A stretch of 63,682 nucleotides of DNA, filler included, from Candidatus Zhuqueibacterota bacterium (GTDB lineage: Bacteria; BS750m-G25), in NCBI GenBank assembly GCA_016783505.1. It is 7 parts of 7 records of this genome, joined end to end, with 100 filler letters (N's around TTAATTAATTAA, not from the genome) between each part and the next. Parts side by side here need not be neighbours in the genome. Positions count along the whole stretch, not along the records: positions 9,918 to 19,664 come from JADHWK010000071.1; positions 19,765 to 29,105 come from JADHWK010000072.1; 5 more parts are not named here. One strand, written 5' to 3'. The notes below the pieces were generated by a model. The model made no database searches. It saw only the letters and a list, made by a program, of their open reading frames with translations, and was not told where the DNA came from. Below, piece by piece: positions 10,543 through 20,529 of the stretch (the first letter of the stretch is position 1; every line of letters begins with the position of its first letter). The position numbers and the translations under genes are program-made.

Positions 10543-10731
10543 GGATCAAAAATAATAGACGCCTCTCAGTTGGCGGATTAATCTCCTATCTTTATTATCA
10601 TCCATACCTTATTAGCAGATAATGTAAATTGTTTATAATTTGTTATCACCAATTTAGCCTAGCGTCCTAAAACTAAAAGAAGTTGCCTAAGGTAATTTGG
10701 GCGAAGTAAAACAGAAGCAGTATAGCCCGGA

Positions 10732-11670
10732 TTAACCGCCGTTACCATTTGACCTATCTCCTTTTTGGGGAAAAGATTTTCTAATAGCTATATTGACAGT
10801 ACCTTCCGGAGATTGATAAAATTCAGATGATAGAGATCCACTTCTGTTCATAAAGCTAATACCTAAAGTTGCACCTACATATTTATTTGCTACAATGCTG
10901 GGTTTAGCATTAATGGAACATCCTAGCGGAGCTTGTTCTACGCCTTTGGGAACCACATAGGTCTCAACAAAATTATGAAGTTCCTCAAAAGCGCATTGAG
11001 CTAATTCTATTCCAAAAATCCTTTTGTCGAAGGAAAAATTTTTAGGAGACTTTGTCTCAGGATTGTCGGGCAATAAAACTTCTAATTCATTAGGAATATT
11101 AATCTGATAAGAGACAATACATTGTCGTGCCAACACATCATAATGTTGATCTATATCTCTATAATCAATTAATTTTTTCCCAAATTCATTCCAAAAATGC
11201 ATTAATGCTGTCTTAACATCAGATGGAATTTTTTTAACCCAAACCCTTTCGCGGTTACTTTGTAATGATTTCATAACATCGCGTATACTTTTAGGAGCAT
11301 TTGTTATTCCTTCTTTTAAAAACCAAAGTCGTAAAACGGCATTCATCATTAATCGTAAATTGACGAATGTTGAAGTCAATTCGAAAATAAGTTCGTTAAC
11401 TTGAGGTGCCCAAACCATAACTTGATGAGATTTAACATTAAGACCTTTAGAACAACGTGCTAAAATCTCTAAAATTTGGGCTTTGATCTCATAAATTCTT
11501 TCAAGACGATATAGCACAGCATCAGCACGATTAAGAACGATATTAGCTCCTTCTCGGAGAGGCAACAAATCTTTTAGTTCTAAATGTTTCAGTTTACCTG
11601 GTTCAATATTTATATAAAAACTAGTACGTTGAAATAAATTAAGTGAATTTAATCTTTTGGAGTCGTACAT
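10732..11670 (-). CDS. Hypothetical protein with HEPN-like Rx4H motif
   Basis: Helical 312-aa AT-rich ORF; YRDIDQH. Confidence 0.55.
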   Translation of the reverse strand: MYDSKRLNSLNLFQRTSFYINIEPGKLKHLELKDLLPLREGANIVLNRADAVLYRLERIYEIKAQILEILARCSKGLNVKSHQVMVWAPQVNELIFELTSTFVNLRLMMNAVLRLWFLKEGITNAPKSIRDVMKSLQSNRERVWVKKIPSDVKTALMHFWNEFGKKLIDYRDIDQHYDVLARQCIVSYQINIPNELEVLLPDNPETKSPKNFSFDKRIFGIELAQCAFEELHNFVETYVVPKGVEQAPLGCSINAKPSIVANKYVGATLGISFMNRSGSLSSEFYQSPEGTVNIAIRKSFPQKGDRSNGNGG

Positions 11671-11816
11671 TATATTTCCTCTTTTTATTTAGACAATAGC
11701 TGTAAGCGTTTCAAGCATAAAAGTGGTTTCTACGAAAAATAAATTTAAGTGATTGCCCAGAGTCACAAAATTCTTATTCATTGTTAGGTAGCGATAGTTG
11801 ATCATTTCCTTCTGCC

Positions 11817-13379
11817 TTATTTGTATATCTGATTAAACAACTCGTTAGCTAATTCTTTGTCCAGTTCTTTGAGAATTTTATACACATCTAAGGCAGAGCC
11901 CTTATTACCAATTATTATATAAAGTAAGCCAAGAACGAAATGTGCCTCGGCATAATCTGGTTTGATGCGTATCGCCTGTTTGTTAGCTTTAATCCCTTCA
12001 GTATAGCGTTCAAGACCAATATAAGCCTTACCCAGAACATAGTGTGCCTCAGCATAATCGGGATTGATACGGATTGCCTGCTTGCAGGCTTCAATCGCTT
12101 CTTGGTGACTCCCAATTTCGCCATAAGTCGCTCCCAAAAAGTAGTGGGCCTCACTAACATCGGGCTTTATGTGGATTGCCTGTTTATAGGCTTCTATCTC
12201 TTCCTGGTGGCGTTTGAGTCCGGCATAAGCTATGCCCAGAGACATGTAGGCTTCGAAATTTTCGGGATTAATGCGGACGGCCTGCTTGCAGGCTTCAAGC
12301 CCCTCTGTGTAACATTCAAGTAATAAATAAGCTAAACCCAGACAACTATACGCATAGTCATCGTCTGGTTTAATGCGGATGGCCTGCTTGCAGGCTTCAA
12401 TCGCTTCAGCGAAATATCTAAGTTTTAAATAAGCAAAACCCAGACTACTATACGCATAGGCATGGTCTGGTTTTATGCGGAGTGTCTGCTTGAAGGCTTC
12501 AATAGCTTCTGTATAATAACAAAGTTCGAGGTTGCAATCCCCTATTTTGGAATAGGCTTCAGCGTAGCGTGGGTTTTTCTTGACCGCCTTTTCAAAATAA
12601 GGAAGGGCTTTCTCATAATCTTCTATCCAGTAGAATTTTAATCCCGTTAAGTAAAGCCCTTCCGCCGAAGCAAGCCATTCATCTTTATTCCATGCTTCCC
12701 ATTCAGCTAGGGTTTTTCCTTTACTAGGTGTAAGTTTTGCTACCCTTTCACCTGGAATGGCGAAGTTCAGATTTTGCCCTTCAACTATTTGAAACGTTGC
12801 AACCCCAATGACTTCCCCTTGCATATTAACTACAGGGCTACCGCTTGAACCAGAAGATATAGATGCTGTAATCTGAATAATCTTTCCAAATGCGGGAATC
12901 TCACGAACAGCCGACACAATGCCATCGGATACCGTTCTCTCAAGCCCTAATGGGCTGCCAATAACAATGACTCGTTCTCCTACTTCAGGGATAGAAGTAC
13001 TTACTGTCAAAGGACGTACGATTTTCAGAGGAATATCTACCGAGACCCGCATAATATCGCCTTCCTTGTCCTCTGCTAAAATCTGCGTGATAGGGTAAAC
13101 TTTGCCCTGTGCCGTCTTTATCTCGGCACGGCTGGCACCTTGAAGCACATGCCAATTGGTGATAATATCTCCGTCCTTGCTGATAAAAAAACCGCTTCCC
13201 TGACCGAGAAATTCTCCTTCATCGTCGTATGTTATAATTACGACAGTGGATGGCTCAATCTTTTTGATAATCTCTGGCAAATATTCCTGTGCCAGCGTTG
13301 AGGAAACAACCACGATACAGAAAAGAAAGGTCATCCACAATACCAAGAACCGATGTTTAATCATAGTTTCAACTCCCAT
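11817..13379 (-). CDS. Trypsin-like serine protease with C-terminal TPR repeats
   Basis: Signal peptide; GSGFF, TNWHV, ISSGSSGSP; several TPR repeats. Confidence 0.92.
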   Translation of the reverse strand: MGVETMIKHRFLVLWMTFLFCIVVVSSTLAQEYLPEIIKKIEPSTVVIITYDDEGEFLGQGSGFFISKDGDIITNWHVLQGASRAEIKTAQGKVYPITQILAEDKEGDIMRVSVDIPLKIVRPLTVSTSIPEVGERVIVIGSPLGLERTVSDGIVSAVREIPAFGKIIQITASISSGSSGSPVVNMQGEVIGVATFQIVEGQNLNFAIPGERVAKLTPSKGKTLAEWEAWNKDEWLASAEGLYLTGLKFYWIEDYEKALPYFEKAVKKNPRYAEAYSKIGDCNLELCYYTEAIEAFKQTLRIKPDHAYAYSSLGFAYLKLRYFAEAIEACKQAIRIKPDDDYAYSCLGLAYLLLECYTEGLEACKQAVRINPENFEAYMSLGIAYAGLKRHQEEIEAYKQAIHIKPDVSEAHYFLGATYGEIGSHQEAIEACKQAIRINPDYAEAHYVLGKAYIGLERYTEGIKANKQAIRIKPDYAEAHFVLGLLYIIIGNKGSALDVYKILKELDKELANELFNQIYK

Positions 13380-13504
13380 AAGTATTTTCGTCTAACCGGA
13401 GACATTAGACGCAGCGCGGTTATTATCCCGGAATGAAATGATAGACTCAGTAATTTCGATGATCGTGTTCAGTTAAAGGTAATGTAGCCAAGCGCTTTGG
13501 CGGC

Positions 13505-13640
13505 CATTCTATTCCAACACCCGAACCATAATCTCCTTTTTACTTTAGCTATGCCTTTCGGGGCGATGAAACCATATCACCCCTTCACAAACTGATTCAC
13601 AAAATATTCCGGGTTCAGTGCCTCCCCGGTGGCGTGCTTG
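13505..13640 (-). repeat. Duplicate of the peptidase 3' end and downstream sequence (partner 15595-15736)
   Basis: TTCACAAACTGATTCACAAAATATTCCGGGTTCAG(T/G)GCCTCCCCGGTGGCGTGCT is shared; the flanking part is diverged but alignable. Confidence 0.9.
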
Positions 13641-13888
13641 CGCACCTACTACGACGCGCCCAACCACCGCTTCGCTCCTGCCAACAACACCACCGCCACC
13701 ACCGAAAGTAGCATCATTCTGACACAGTCAGATTGCACTTAGGACAAACTTGAGACAAATTCATGAACTGATTACTTTAATTCATGATAGTGAGTTCTAT
13801 CGAATAGGCAGTTTGTACTAAATTTTTCGGCCCCGTATTCATTGCGAATCATTGCTTTATTGTCTTATCGCTAAACGACTTAATTACG

Positions 13889-13960
13889 CACTTAGTTACT
13901 CACTTAGTTACTCACTTAGTTACTCACTTAGTTATTGACTTGGTTACTCACTTGGTTAAC
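13889..13960. repeat. 12-bp tandem repeat x6 (CACTTAGTTACT consensus)
   Basis: Directly visible; overlaps the stop codon of the AlbA gene. Confidence 0.9.
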
Positions 13961-15468
13961 TTTAAAAATTCGAGTCCTTTCGGTGTAGTTCGATATTTTT
14001 GGTTTTGACTCCTTGGCTTGTCGAGAATTGTTAATTCTAAATAACCTTCTTTTATCAGTGGTAGAATATTTACCTTAAAATTTTTTGTCTGATTTGTTAG
14101 CCCGAGCATATTCAATACTTCTGATCTCTTTTTGGGCTGGATACATGCATTTAAAATTGTCATTCTTTTATCTTCAACTTGGGCCTCAACTTGGGCCTCA
14201 ACTTGGGCTTTAGGATGAATTTTTAAAATGGTTATAAAAAAGGTACGGTCATCATCTGTTTGAAAAATGGGTTTCGGGGAAACATTTCTCTTCATTGCTT
14301 GCCTTATTTTCGGAAAACCTGTGCCTCTGCCTTCAGTAAGATGCAGTTCTTTGAGAAAATCTCCGATGCGCCGGTTGCGATATTTTCTGGCAGTAACATT
14401 CTCATCCATCAAATTATCTTTGTTAAGAGGAGGTAGGGGACCTGGGTAACTGATAATCTCAATCCGATTAGAAAATACCCGCACCTCAACTGGAGAATCA
14501 TCCTGATAACTGCGGTGGTAAACTGCGTTCACAAGAGACTCTTCAATGGCTTCGTAAGGAAAATTGAAGAAACGAATGGCTTCAGCCTGAGCGGGAACTT
14601 TACGAACCGATTCAGACATAATATTGTTCTTCAGATAGGTTAAAGCAGATCTAACTTGTTGTTGAATTGGTCCGGTAAATGTTTTCTCGATTAAACTGTC
14701 GCCAATCTCATCTTGAAATTCAACGATATCAATTTTTGCGCCCTGGAAAAAGCTTTCTGGATGTTCATTGAAAAAAAGTAATCCAACATTTTTAGGTTTT
14801 AAGTATTCATTTGATCCTTCAACTATATTCATTCGACGGCAAAGATCAGGGAAAGGTAACTTTGTGGATTCAGATAATAATTCACTCCCAATTTCTGCAA
14901 GATGGGATTGAATCAAGGTCAGGTTCAAATCTGTTATCTCAGCGTGATGATTTATTTGGTCATCAAAAGGAATTTGATTTGCCATCGACAGAAGTTCACG
15001 TTCTTCTTCGCTGCTAGCTTTTTTTGTAATAGAATAACGTCTGATATATGGAAAATAATTAGACCCTTTTGAAAGTCTTTCTGGTGCTTTGTAGGGTCGG
15101 TTGGCACCTCCGGGCACCCATATGATCATTACTGGTTTATCCTGAAAATCAATCGGTTCAATAATAGGAAAATATTTGGGTCTTAATTTATGACAATGTT
15201 GAACCAGTTCTTTTTGAATTACATCAATCTTTTTCAGGGGAATTCCCACTGGCGGTAAAACGGGACGCCCACTATCCTCTTCAATCCCAAGAACAACATA
15301 ACCGCCGCCCCAATTATTAAAATCATTAGCGAAGGCACATATACTGTGCAATACTTTAATGGGATTCCAATCCTTCTTGAACTCAATCCTCTCCCATTCA
15401 ACGGTTCTGCCGTTTATCAATTCATTAATATTCACAGGGAGGGCCATAAGCCGATAATCTCCTTCCAC
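13948..15468 (-). CDS. Schlafen/AlbA_2 + HATPase_c_4 (RecG-C-like) + C-terminal wHTH protein
   Basis: EWERIEFK, ICAFAN..GGGYVVLG, EESLVNAVYHRSY, RNRRIGDFL..EGRGTG, (AQVE)x3 linker, DKPRSQNQKY. Confidence 0.88.
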   Translation of the reverse strand: MEGDYRLMALPVNINELINGRTVEWERIEFKKDWNPIKVLHSICAFANDFNNWGGGYVVLGIEEDSGRPVLPPVGIPLKKIDVIQKELVQHCHKLRPKYFPIIEPIDFQDKPVMIIWVPGGANRPYKAPERLSKGSNYFPYIRRYSITKKASSEEERELLSMANQIPFDDQINHHAEITDLNLTLIQSHLAEIGSELLSESTKLPFPDLCRRMNIVEGSNEYLKPKNVGLLFFNEHPESFFQGAKIDIVEFQDEIGDSLIEKTFTGPIQQQVRSALTYLKNNIMSESVRKVPAQAEAIRFFNFPYEAIEESLVNAVYHRSYQDDSPVEVRVFSNRIEIISYPGPLPPLNKDNLMDENVTARKYRNRRIGDFLKELHLTEGRGTGFPKIRQAMKRNVSPKPIFQTDDDRTFFITILKIHPKAQVEAQVEAQVEDKRMTILNACIQPKKRSEVLNMLGLTNQTKNFKVNILPLIKEGYLELTILDKPRSQNQKYRTTPKGLEFLKLTK

Positions 15469-15672
15469 AATCCTTACGTAAGAGTCTTTCTTACTGTTTT
15501 TAATAAAAAGACTACATCACTTTATTGCTCGCAATGACATGTAAGCCTAATAAAGTTTTTATATAACAATCTACTATACAATAACTTTAACGAACATTCT
15601 ATTCCATTCGGAACACCTAAACCTTAACCGCACTTCTACCCTAGCCCCTTCTTTCGTGGAGATGAGATCCTA

Positions 15673-17361
15673 TCATCTTTTCACAAACTGATTCACAAAA
15701 TATTCCGGGTTCAGGGCCTCCCCGGTGGCGTGCTCGATCAGTTCATCCCAGCGATAGCGGGCTCCGGGTTTGAAGATATTTTTCTTCAGATAATCGCCCA
15801 CCTTCGGTCGGTTCACATAACCCACCCCGGCCCCCGGCTCAAGTTTTAACAGATTTTTGATTATATAGGAATGCACCTGGGAGGCCATCATCTCCCCCAG
15901 CATATAATTATGATAGTAAACCGGGTAGCACGCCAGGTGGATCTTGGCCGCCCAGTCAGGCTGGTTGCGGCCCTCGGGTCTTTTCACTAACTGGTATTTC
16001 TCCACCAAATCCCACCACAGGGAGTTCAAGTCCTGATCGGGATTGGTGTAGAGCTCCCGCTCGAACCGGACCATCACCTGACACCAGCGGGCGAACACCA
16101 ACTGCTGGAGCCGCTGACTTTTTTGAACAGTCTCTTGAATGCTTTTCGCCTCTTCTTCGGAAAGTCCCACCATCCCCTTTAGCCATTCGGCGTTGCAGGC
16201 CAGGCGGCCGAAGAACATGGCTATGGCCTCGGTGGTAAAGGAATGGGAGGGCATCCGCAGGATGAAGGGCAGATCAAAATTGAGGTATTTATCATATACC
16301 CCATGGCCTAACTCATGCAGGATGGTGTCCATCCAGTTTTGGTTGTTCTTCAGGTTGGTCAGGATCCTCACATCCCCCTTGCGGTCAATGTGGGTACAGT
16401 AGGCGTGGGGGTTCTTGCCCGGCTTTTCGTAAAGGTCGCTGCGGGCCAGAATGTCCCCCACACCCAGTCCGATACTGGTAAAAAAGGCACCGGCCAGCTT
16501 CGCCACATCCTCCTCTGCATAGTAGCCATCGAGTTCCACATCGTAGATGTGGGGGGCCTCCTGAAAGAAGGGATCCTGGTAGTGCCACGGTCTCATTCCC
16601 TCGGGACCGATGCCGTAACGACCGGCCAGAATTCCGTCCAGTTCGGTCTTCAGTTCCCGGAAGGGACCATCGGTGAGGTCGGCCAGCTCATCAAATATTT
16701 GAAACAGCTCCCCTTCGTCCAGTTCCCCCAAGGTGAGCCTTAGCCGGTAGTAATTATCAAACCCCAAGGAACGGGCGGCCTCATTGCGCAGTTTAACCAG
16801 CTCGATCACCTTGTCGGCCACTGCGACCCCCACCTGTTTGGAGGCCTTCCAGGCTTTCATCCGCGCCACCGAGTGGGTCTCGGTTTTTAAAACTTCAAGG
16901 ATCTGGTTGTTGGTCACTTCCCGACCGTCTATCTTCCCCCGGAAAGTGTTGAAGGTATTTTCCACCTCGGTCCCCTTTTTGACGATCTTCTCCAGGAGCT
17001 CCGGATCAACCTGATTTTCCAGGTAGCTGTTATACAGAATGGTCAGTTGCCGGGCCAGCAACGGGTCCTTCACCTCCCCCGATTCTTTCATCTCCTTCAA
17101 TTGGGCGAATTCATCACGGTTAGAATAGACCATCTTCAGCTCAAGCTCCAGTTGGGCGCAGCGATCGTAGTCCTCCTTCTGGCCCGAAATGGAGGCCTCC
17201 CAGTAGCTCAGGTTTAGGTCTTTTAACAAGGGTTCAACCAAAGCTACGTGGTCCTGAATGAAAGATTCGAGCTTCTTTTCGGTGGGATTCTTACCGCATC
17301 CTGCCACAAGGATAAGGAAAACCACCAACCCCCACCCCATCACGACAAAGCTCCGATTCAT
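15673..17361 (-). CDS. M2/M3-like zinc metallopeptidase lipoprotein
   Basis: Lipobox VAGC; HELGH plus downstream EAIA; YYHNY. Confidence 0.88.
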   Translation of the reverse strand: MNRSFVVMGWGLVVFLILVAGCGKNPTEKKLESFIQDHVALVEPLLKDLNLSYWEASISGQKEDYDRCAQLELELKMVYSNRDEFAQLKEMKESGEVKDPLLARQLTILYNSYLENQVDPELLEKIVKKGTEVENTFNTFRGKIDGREVTNNQILEVLKTETHSVARMKAWKASKQVGVAVADKVIELVKLRNEAARSLGFDNYYRLRLTLGELDEGELFQIFDELADLTDGPFRELKTELDGILAGRYGIGPEGMRPWHYQDPFFQEAPHIYDVELDGYYAEEDVAKLAGAFFTSIGLGVGDILARSDLYEKPGKNPHAYCTHIDRKGDVRILTNLKNNQNWMDTILHELGHGVYDKYLNFDLPFILRMPSHSFTTEAIAMFFGRLACNAEWLKGMVGLSEEEAKSIQETVQKSQRLQQLVFARWCQVMVRFERELYTNPDQDLNSLWWDLVEKYQLVKRPEGRNQPDWAAKIHLACYPVYYHNYMLGEMMASQVHSYIIKNLLKLEPGAGVGYVNRPKVGDYLKKNIFKPGARYRWDELIEHATGEALNPEYFVNQFVKR

Positions 17362-17413
17362 GATTCCTCCTCATTCAACTATTGTAAAAAGATTTCACAA
17401 AAAACAGCAAAGG

Positions 17414-17446
17414 TGGTGGGTTTCGCTAACACTACACCCACCCTAC
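17414..17446 (-). repeat. GTAG-type REP-like palindrome
   Basis: Minus strand GTAGGGTGGG...CCCACCA. Confidence 0.5.
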
Positions 17447-17644
17447 TAATTCTAAAAGTGAGGTCTTTCCGATACCAAAACTTCCTACAACGGCAATGTT
17501 AACCGGACTTGGTGGCTCGCTTTTTATAGCCAAGGCCCTCCTGAATGCCTCAATCTCATCATTCCTTCCTGCAAACTGTTCTGGATTTACATGATATTCG
17601 GTTGTGTAAGGATTTTCTATTCTCATATCATTCTCTCTTATCAA
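17432..17644 (-). pseudogene. Truncated P-loop ATPase (AAA_16/archaeal ATPase-like N-terminus)
   Basis: NPY...FAGRNDE...GSFGIGKTSLL, then ends immediately in the REP-like element. Confidence 0.75.
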
Positions 17645-17707
17645 ATATCAAAAATATCACAGATATGAAATTTTTGATATTTTCTATACCGCTTATTGAC
17701 TGGTCAC

Positions 17708-18316
17708 CTAAAGAAACCAGCTCAGGTCCCCTTTCCCCTCCCGGAGGACTACCGGCTCTTCCCCGGACAGGTCAATGACACTGGAGGGTTCGGGGAACAG
17801 GGACCCTCCGTCGAGGATTAAATCAATGGCCCCGCCGAACTTCTCCTCGATCTGTTGGGGATTGTTGAGGATTTCATCATCCCCGGAGGTGACACTGGTG
17901 GAGATAATGGGACGTCCCAATTCCCTCAGTAAGGCCAGGCATATCTCGTTATCCGGCACCCGGATGCCCACCGTCCTCCGTTTGGCCAACATTAGCCTGG
18001 GCACCTTTTTAGTGGCCGGCAGAACAAAGGTATAAGGACCGGGGAGCAGATGCCTCATGGCCTTGTAGGCAAAGTTGGAAACGTGAGCATATTCGCTCAG
18101 ATTGCTTAAATCGGCGCAGATGAAGCTTAAGGGCTTGTGCTTGTCCAATCCCTTCAGCCGGTAAATTCTCTGGATGGCCGATTTATCATAGATGTCGCAA
18201 CCGATACCGTAGATGGTATCGGTGGGGTAAACGATAATTCCCCCCTTTTCCATCACCATGACAGCCTGTCGGATCAGCCGCAATTTCGGGTGTTGTGGAT
18301 GAATTTTTAAGATCAT
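17708..18316 (-). CDS. Sua5/YciO/YrdC family protein
   Basis: YPTDTIYG, KPLS, PGPYTF, VGIRVP, STS. Confidence 0.92.
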   Translation of the reverse strand: MILKIHPQHPKLRLIRQAVMVMEKGGIIVYPTDTIYGIGCDIYDKSAIQRIYRLKGLDKHKPLSFICADLSNLSEYAHVSNFAYKAMRHLLPGPYTFVLPATKKVPRLMLAKRRTVGIRVPDNEICLALLRELGRPIISTSVTSGDDEILNNPQQIEEKFGGAIDLILDGGSLFPEPSSVIDLSGEEPVVLREGKGDLSWFL

Positions 18317-18484
18317 CTCTGGGCTATATTTTCAAAACTCGTCTGTAAATCTTGAACTTTTTTGGGGAAATCCAGTAGGTTTTTTAGTTTTTGGGATTGC
18401 ACAATAATTAACAAATATGTTAATCATGTTGCATTAATATAAGAAAAAAACCGAATATTATCAAGCATAAAAGAGGGATAATCC

Positions 18485-18720
18485 TTAATGGATCAGGAGC
18501 ATTTTTCTGGTTCGTACAAAATCCCCGGGCAGGCCTGATTGAATCCGGTAAAAGTAGACTCCGCTGGAAACTTCCTCCCCGGCATTTTCCTTTCCGTCCT
18601 ACATCACCCGATAAACCCCGGCCCCTTGGGGGATGTCCACCAATGTTTGGACCTCCTGACCCCGGATGTTATAGATCTTAAGGGTGGTGGGCTGGGAAGG
18701 TTCCCAGGGGTCAACCCCTA
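18485..18720 (-). pseudogene. Orphan T9SS CTD/FlgD-like remnant with internal stop
   Basis: TTLKIYNIRGQEVQTLVD..GVYRVM*DGKENAGEEVSSGVYFYRIQ...RKMLLIH*. Confidence 0.85.
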
Positions 18721-18767
18721 ACCGATTTTGGACATTCCCGTCCGTTATCAAACAAGTTTCTCCCAAA

Positions 18768-18805
18768 CAAAAAAGGGAGGAAGATAAAATCTCCCTCCCT
18801 TTTGT
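18768..18805 (-). terminator. Rho-independent terminator after the T9SS gene
   Basis: AAAAGGGAGG...CCTCCCTTTT hairpin with T-tract on the minus strand. Confidence 0.7.
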
Positions 18806-18828
18806 CTATCCCCTACCCTCACGCAGGC

Positions 18829-19664
18829 TTACTTCAGCAATACCATCTTCCGAATCTTGACGAAGTCGTTCACCTCAATCCTGTAGAAGTAGACCCCGGT
18901 GGCCACCCCGGTGGCGTTCCATCTGATTGAATGGAAGCCGGGCTCCATCTGCTGATCTACCAGGGTAGTGACCTCTTGACCAAGGATGTTGTAGACCTTA
19001 AGGCTCAGGTGACCCGGATCCACCACGTCGAACTTGATGGTGGTGTTGGGGTTGAAGGGGTTGGGGTAGTTCTGATGCAGGTCATAGACCGTGGGCAGCA
19101 GGTCTGCCAACTCGTCAATACCCACAATTTCAGTAAAGTCAGCCTGGAAACGCGGCATAATCTCATACCCGTCGTCCGGTGGGGTACTATAGGTATACTG
19201 AGTTCCAATACCAACGAGGGCAAAATTATATGTCGGCGCATCCATCTCATCCACATCGGTATCACTGTCAATATACAGGATCAGGGTATCGGTGCCGTCG
19301 GTGATGTCCACATTCGCCCAGCTCCCGGGGGAGGGCCATTGGGCAGGATCCACCAGCCAGACCTCTTCTAACTCCACCAGCAATCCCTCGATGAACTCCC
19401 CGAAATCGGGAATGGTCACCCCGGTAGTGTCGAAATCATTACCCGTGGACAGCACCACGATGTCATCCAGGCTGAGGGGTATAATCTCGGTCTTCCCCCG
19501 GTATTGATCAATCTCCCCCATGACCTGAACCTCATCCCCAATGTCAAGCTCGGTATAATCATAGTACTTGAAGAGATTGATACCGGCGGTGGCGTCCTGG
19601 ATGTAGTAATCGGTATGGTCGGTAGCGCCGAAGCAGGGGGAGGTCACCACACCCGTCACCGTGA
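18829..19664 (-). CDS. T9SS type A sorting domain protein with OB-fold-like region, 5'-truncated
   Basis: LHQNYPNPFNPNTTIKF...VYNILGQEV...GVYFYRI...KMVLLK. Confidence 0.92.
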
Positions 19665-19764
19665 NNNNNNNNNNNNNNNNNNNNNNNNNNNNNNNNNNNN
19701 NNNNNNNNTTAATTAATTAANNNNNNNNNNNNNNNNNNNNNNNNNNNNNNNNNNNNNNNNNNNN
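19665..19764. other. Artificial contig spacer
   Basis: N-run with linker. Confidence 0.99.
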
Positions 19765-19875
19765 ATAAGCCTAGAGAACCTCATTGCTTTAATTGTATGT
19801 TTTACAATTAGATGATTACCTATTTCGGTTAGTTTCTGTTTGGGTTTATACGGCCAGATTTGCCGTGTTTGGGAT
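19765..19875 (+). repeat. 111-bp terminal direct repeat, copy 1 (identical to 28995-29105)
   Basis: ATAAGCCTAGAGAACC...GTGTTTGGGAT at both contig ends. Confidence 0.97.
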
Positions 19876-19906
19876 TTGCTTTCGGCCGTATAAACCTATG
19901 TTATAC
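19843..19906 (+). mobile_element. Putative integron attI site
   Basis: Inverted repeat GGTTTATACGGCC/GGCCGTATAAACC, then core GTTATAC (19900-19906), the exact reverse complement of the next attC R'' GTATAAC. Confidence 0.65.
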
Positions 19907-19953
19907 AGAAAGACAAAATTCACTACATTAATTTTAATAAAGGAGGAGGAAAG

Positions 19954-20385
19954 ATGGACACAAAGCGATTTGTAATTGGAACGCTCGCGGGCGGTATCGT
20001 AATGTCCTTGGTCGGCTACCTCATCTGGGATTTGCTCTTGGCAGACTTCTTCGCCGCGAACGCGGGGTCGGCGACGGGCGTGGCCCGTGAAACCATGCTG
20101 ATCTGGGCTGTTGTGTTGGGACATTTCTCGCTGGCCGCGCTCGTCACCCTTGCGGTCGGGAGACAGGCTGGCTCCTCGACGATTGTAGATGGCTTAAAGA
20201 TTGGCGCAATCGTGGGTTTTTTGGTTTGGTTCGGTGTGGACTTCATCCACTACGGAGTCACGAACATCTCGAATCTCACGGCGACCATCGTCGACCCACT
20301 GCTCGAGATCGTGCGCACTGGAATCGGCGGCGCCGTCATCGCCGCGGTGCTTGGTCGATCACCTAAACGGCAGGAGGGGACGTGA
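19954..20385 (+). CDS. Four-TM membrane protein (DUF1761-like), in integron cassette 1
   Basis: AGGAGG RBS; four hydrophobic segments; GC-richer than flanks. Confidence 0.75.
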   Translation: MDTKRFVIGTLAGGIVMSLVGYLIWDLLLADFFAANAGSATGVARETMLIWAVVLGHFSLAALVTLAVGRQAGSSTIVDGLKIGAIVGFLVWFGVDFIHYGVTNISNLTATIVDPLLEIVRTGIGGAVIAAVLGRSPKRQEGT

Positions 20386-20529
20386 GGATGCTCCTCTGGC
20401 CCGGCCTGAAATCCCTTGTAGCTGATGAGCAGGGAATGAAAGAGCTCTAGTTTTTGGGTTGGCTCAATGCTTTACCAAGCTTTGGAGGGTATCGAAGGTC
20501 AAGCGCAGATTCCTCCCGCTGCGTGAAGC

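Noticed and set aside
13820-13890. Minus-strand VIKSFSDKTIKQ*F resembling a HigB toxin start
   Set aside because: Too short and interrupted to support a call.
13889-13960. Possible CRISPR array
   Set aside because: Contiguous 12-bp units with no spacers, and no cas genes.
13505-15736. Possible DGR template/variable repeat pair
   Set aside because: Mismatches are not adenine-specific, the duplication extends into non-coding DNA, and no reverse transcriptase is present.
18485-18720. Recoded TAG (pyrrolysine or alternative genetic code)
   Set aside because: TAG ends normal genes here (e.g. leuS), the stop replaces a Trp (TGG->TAG), and the fragment has no start or cargo.
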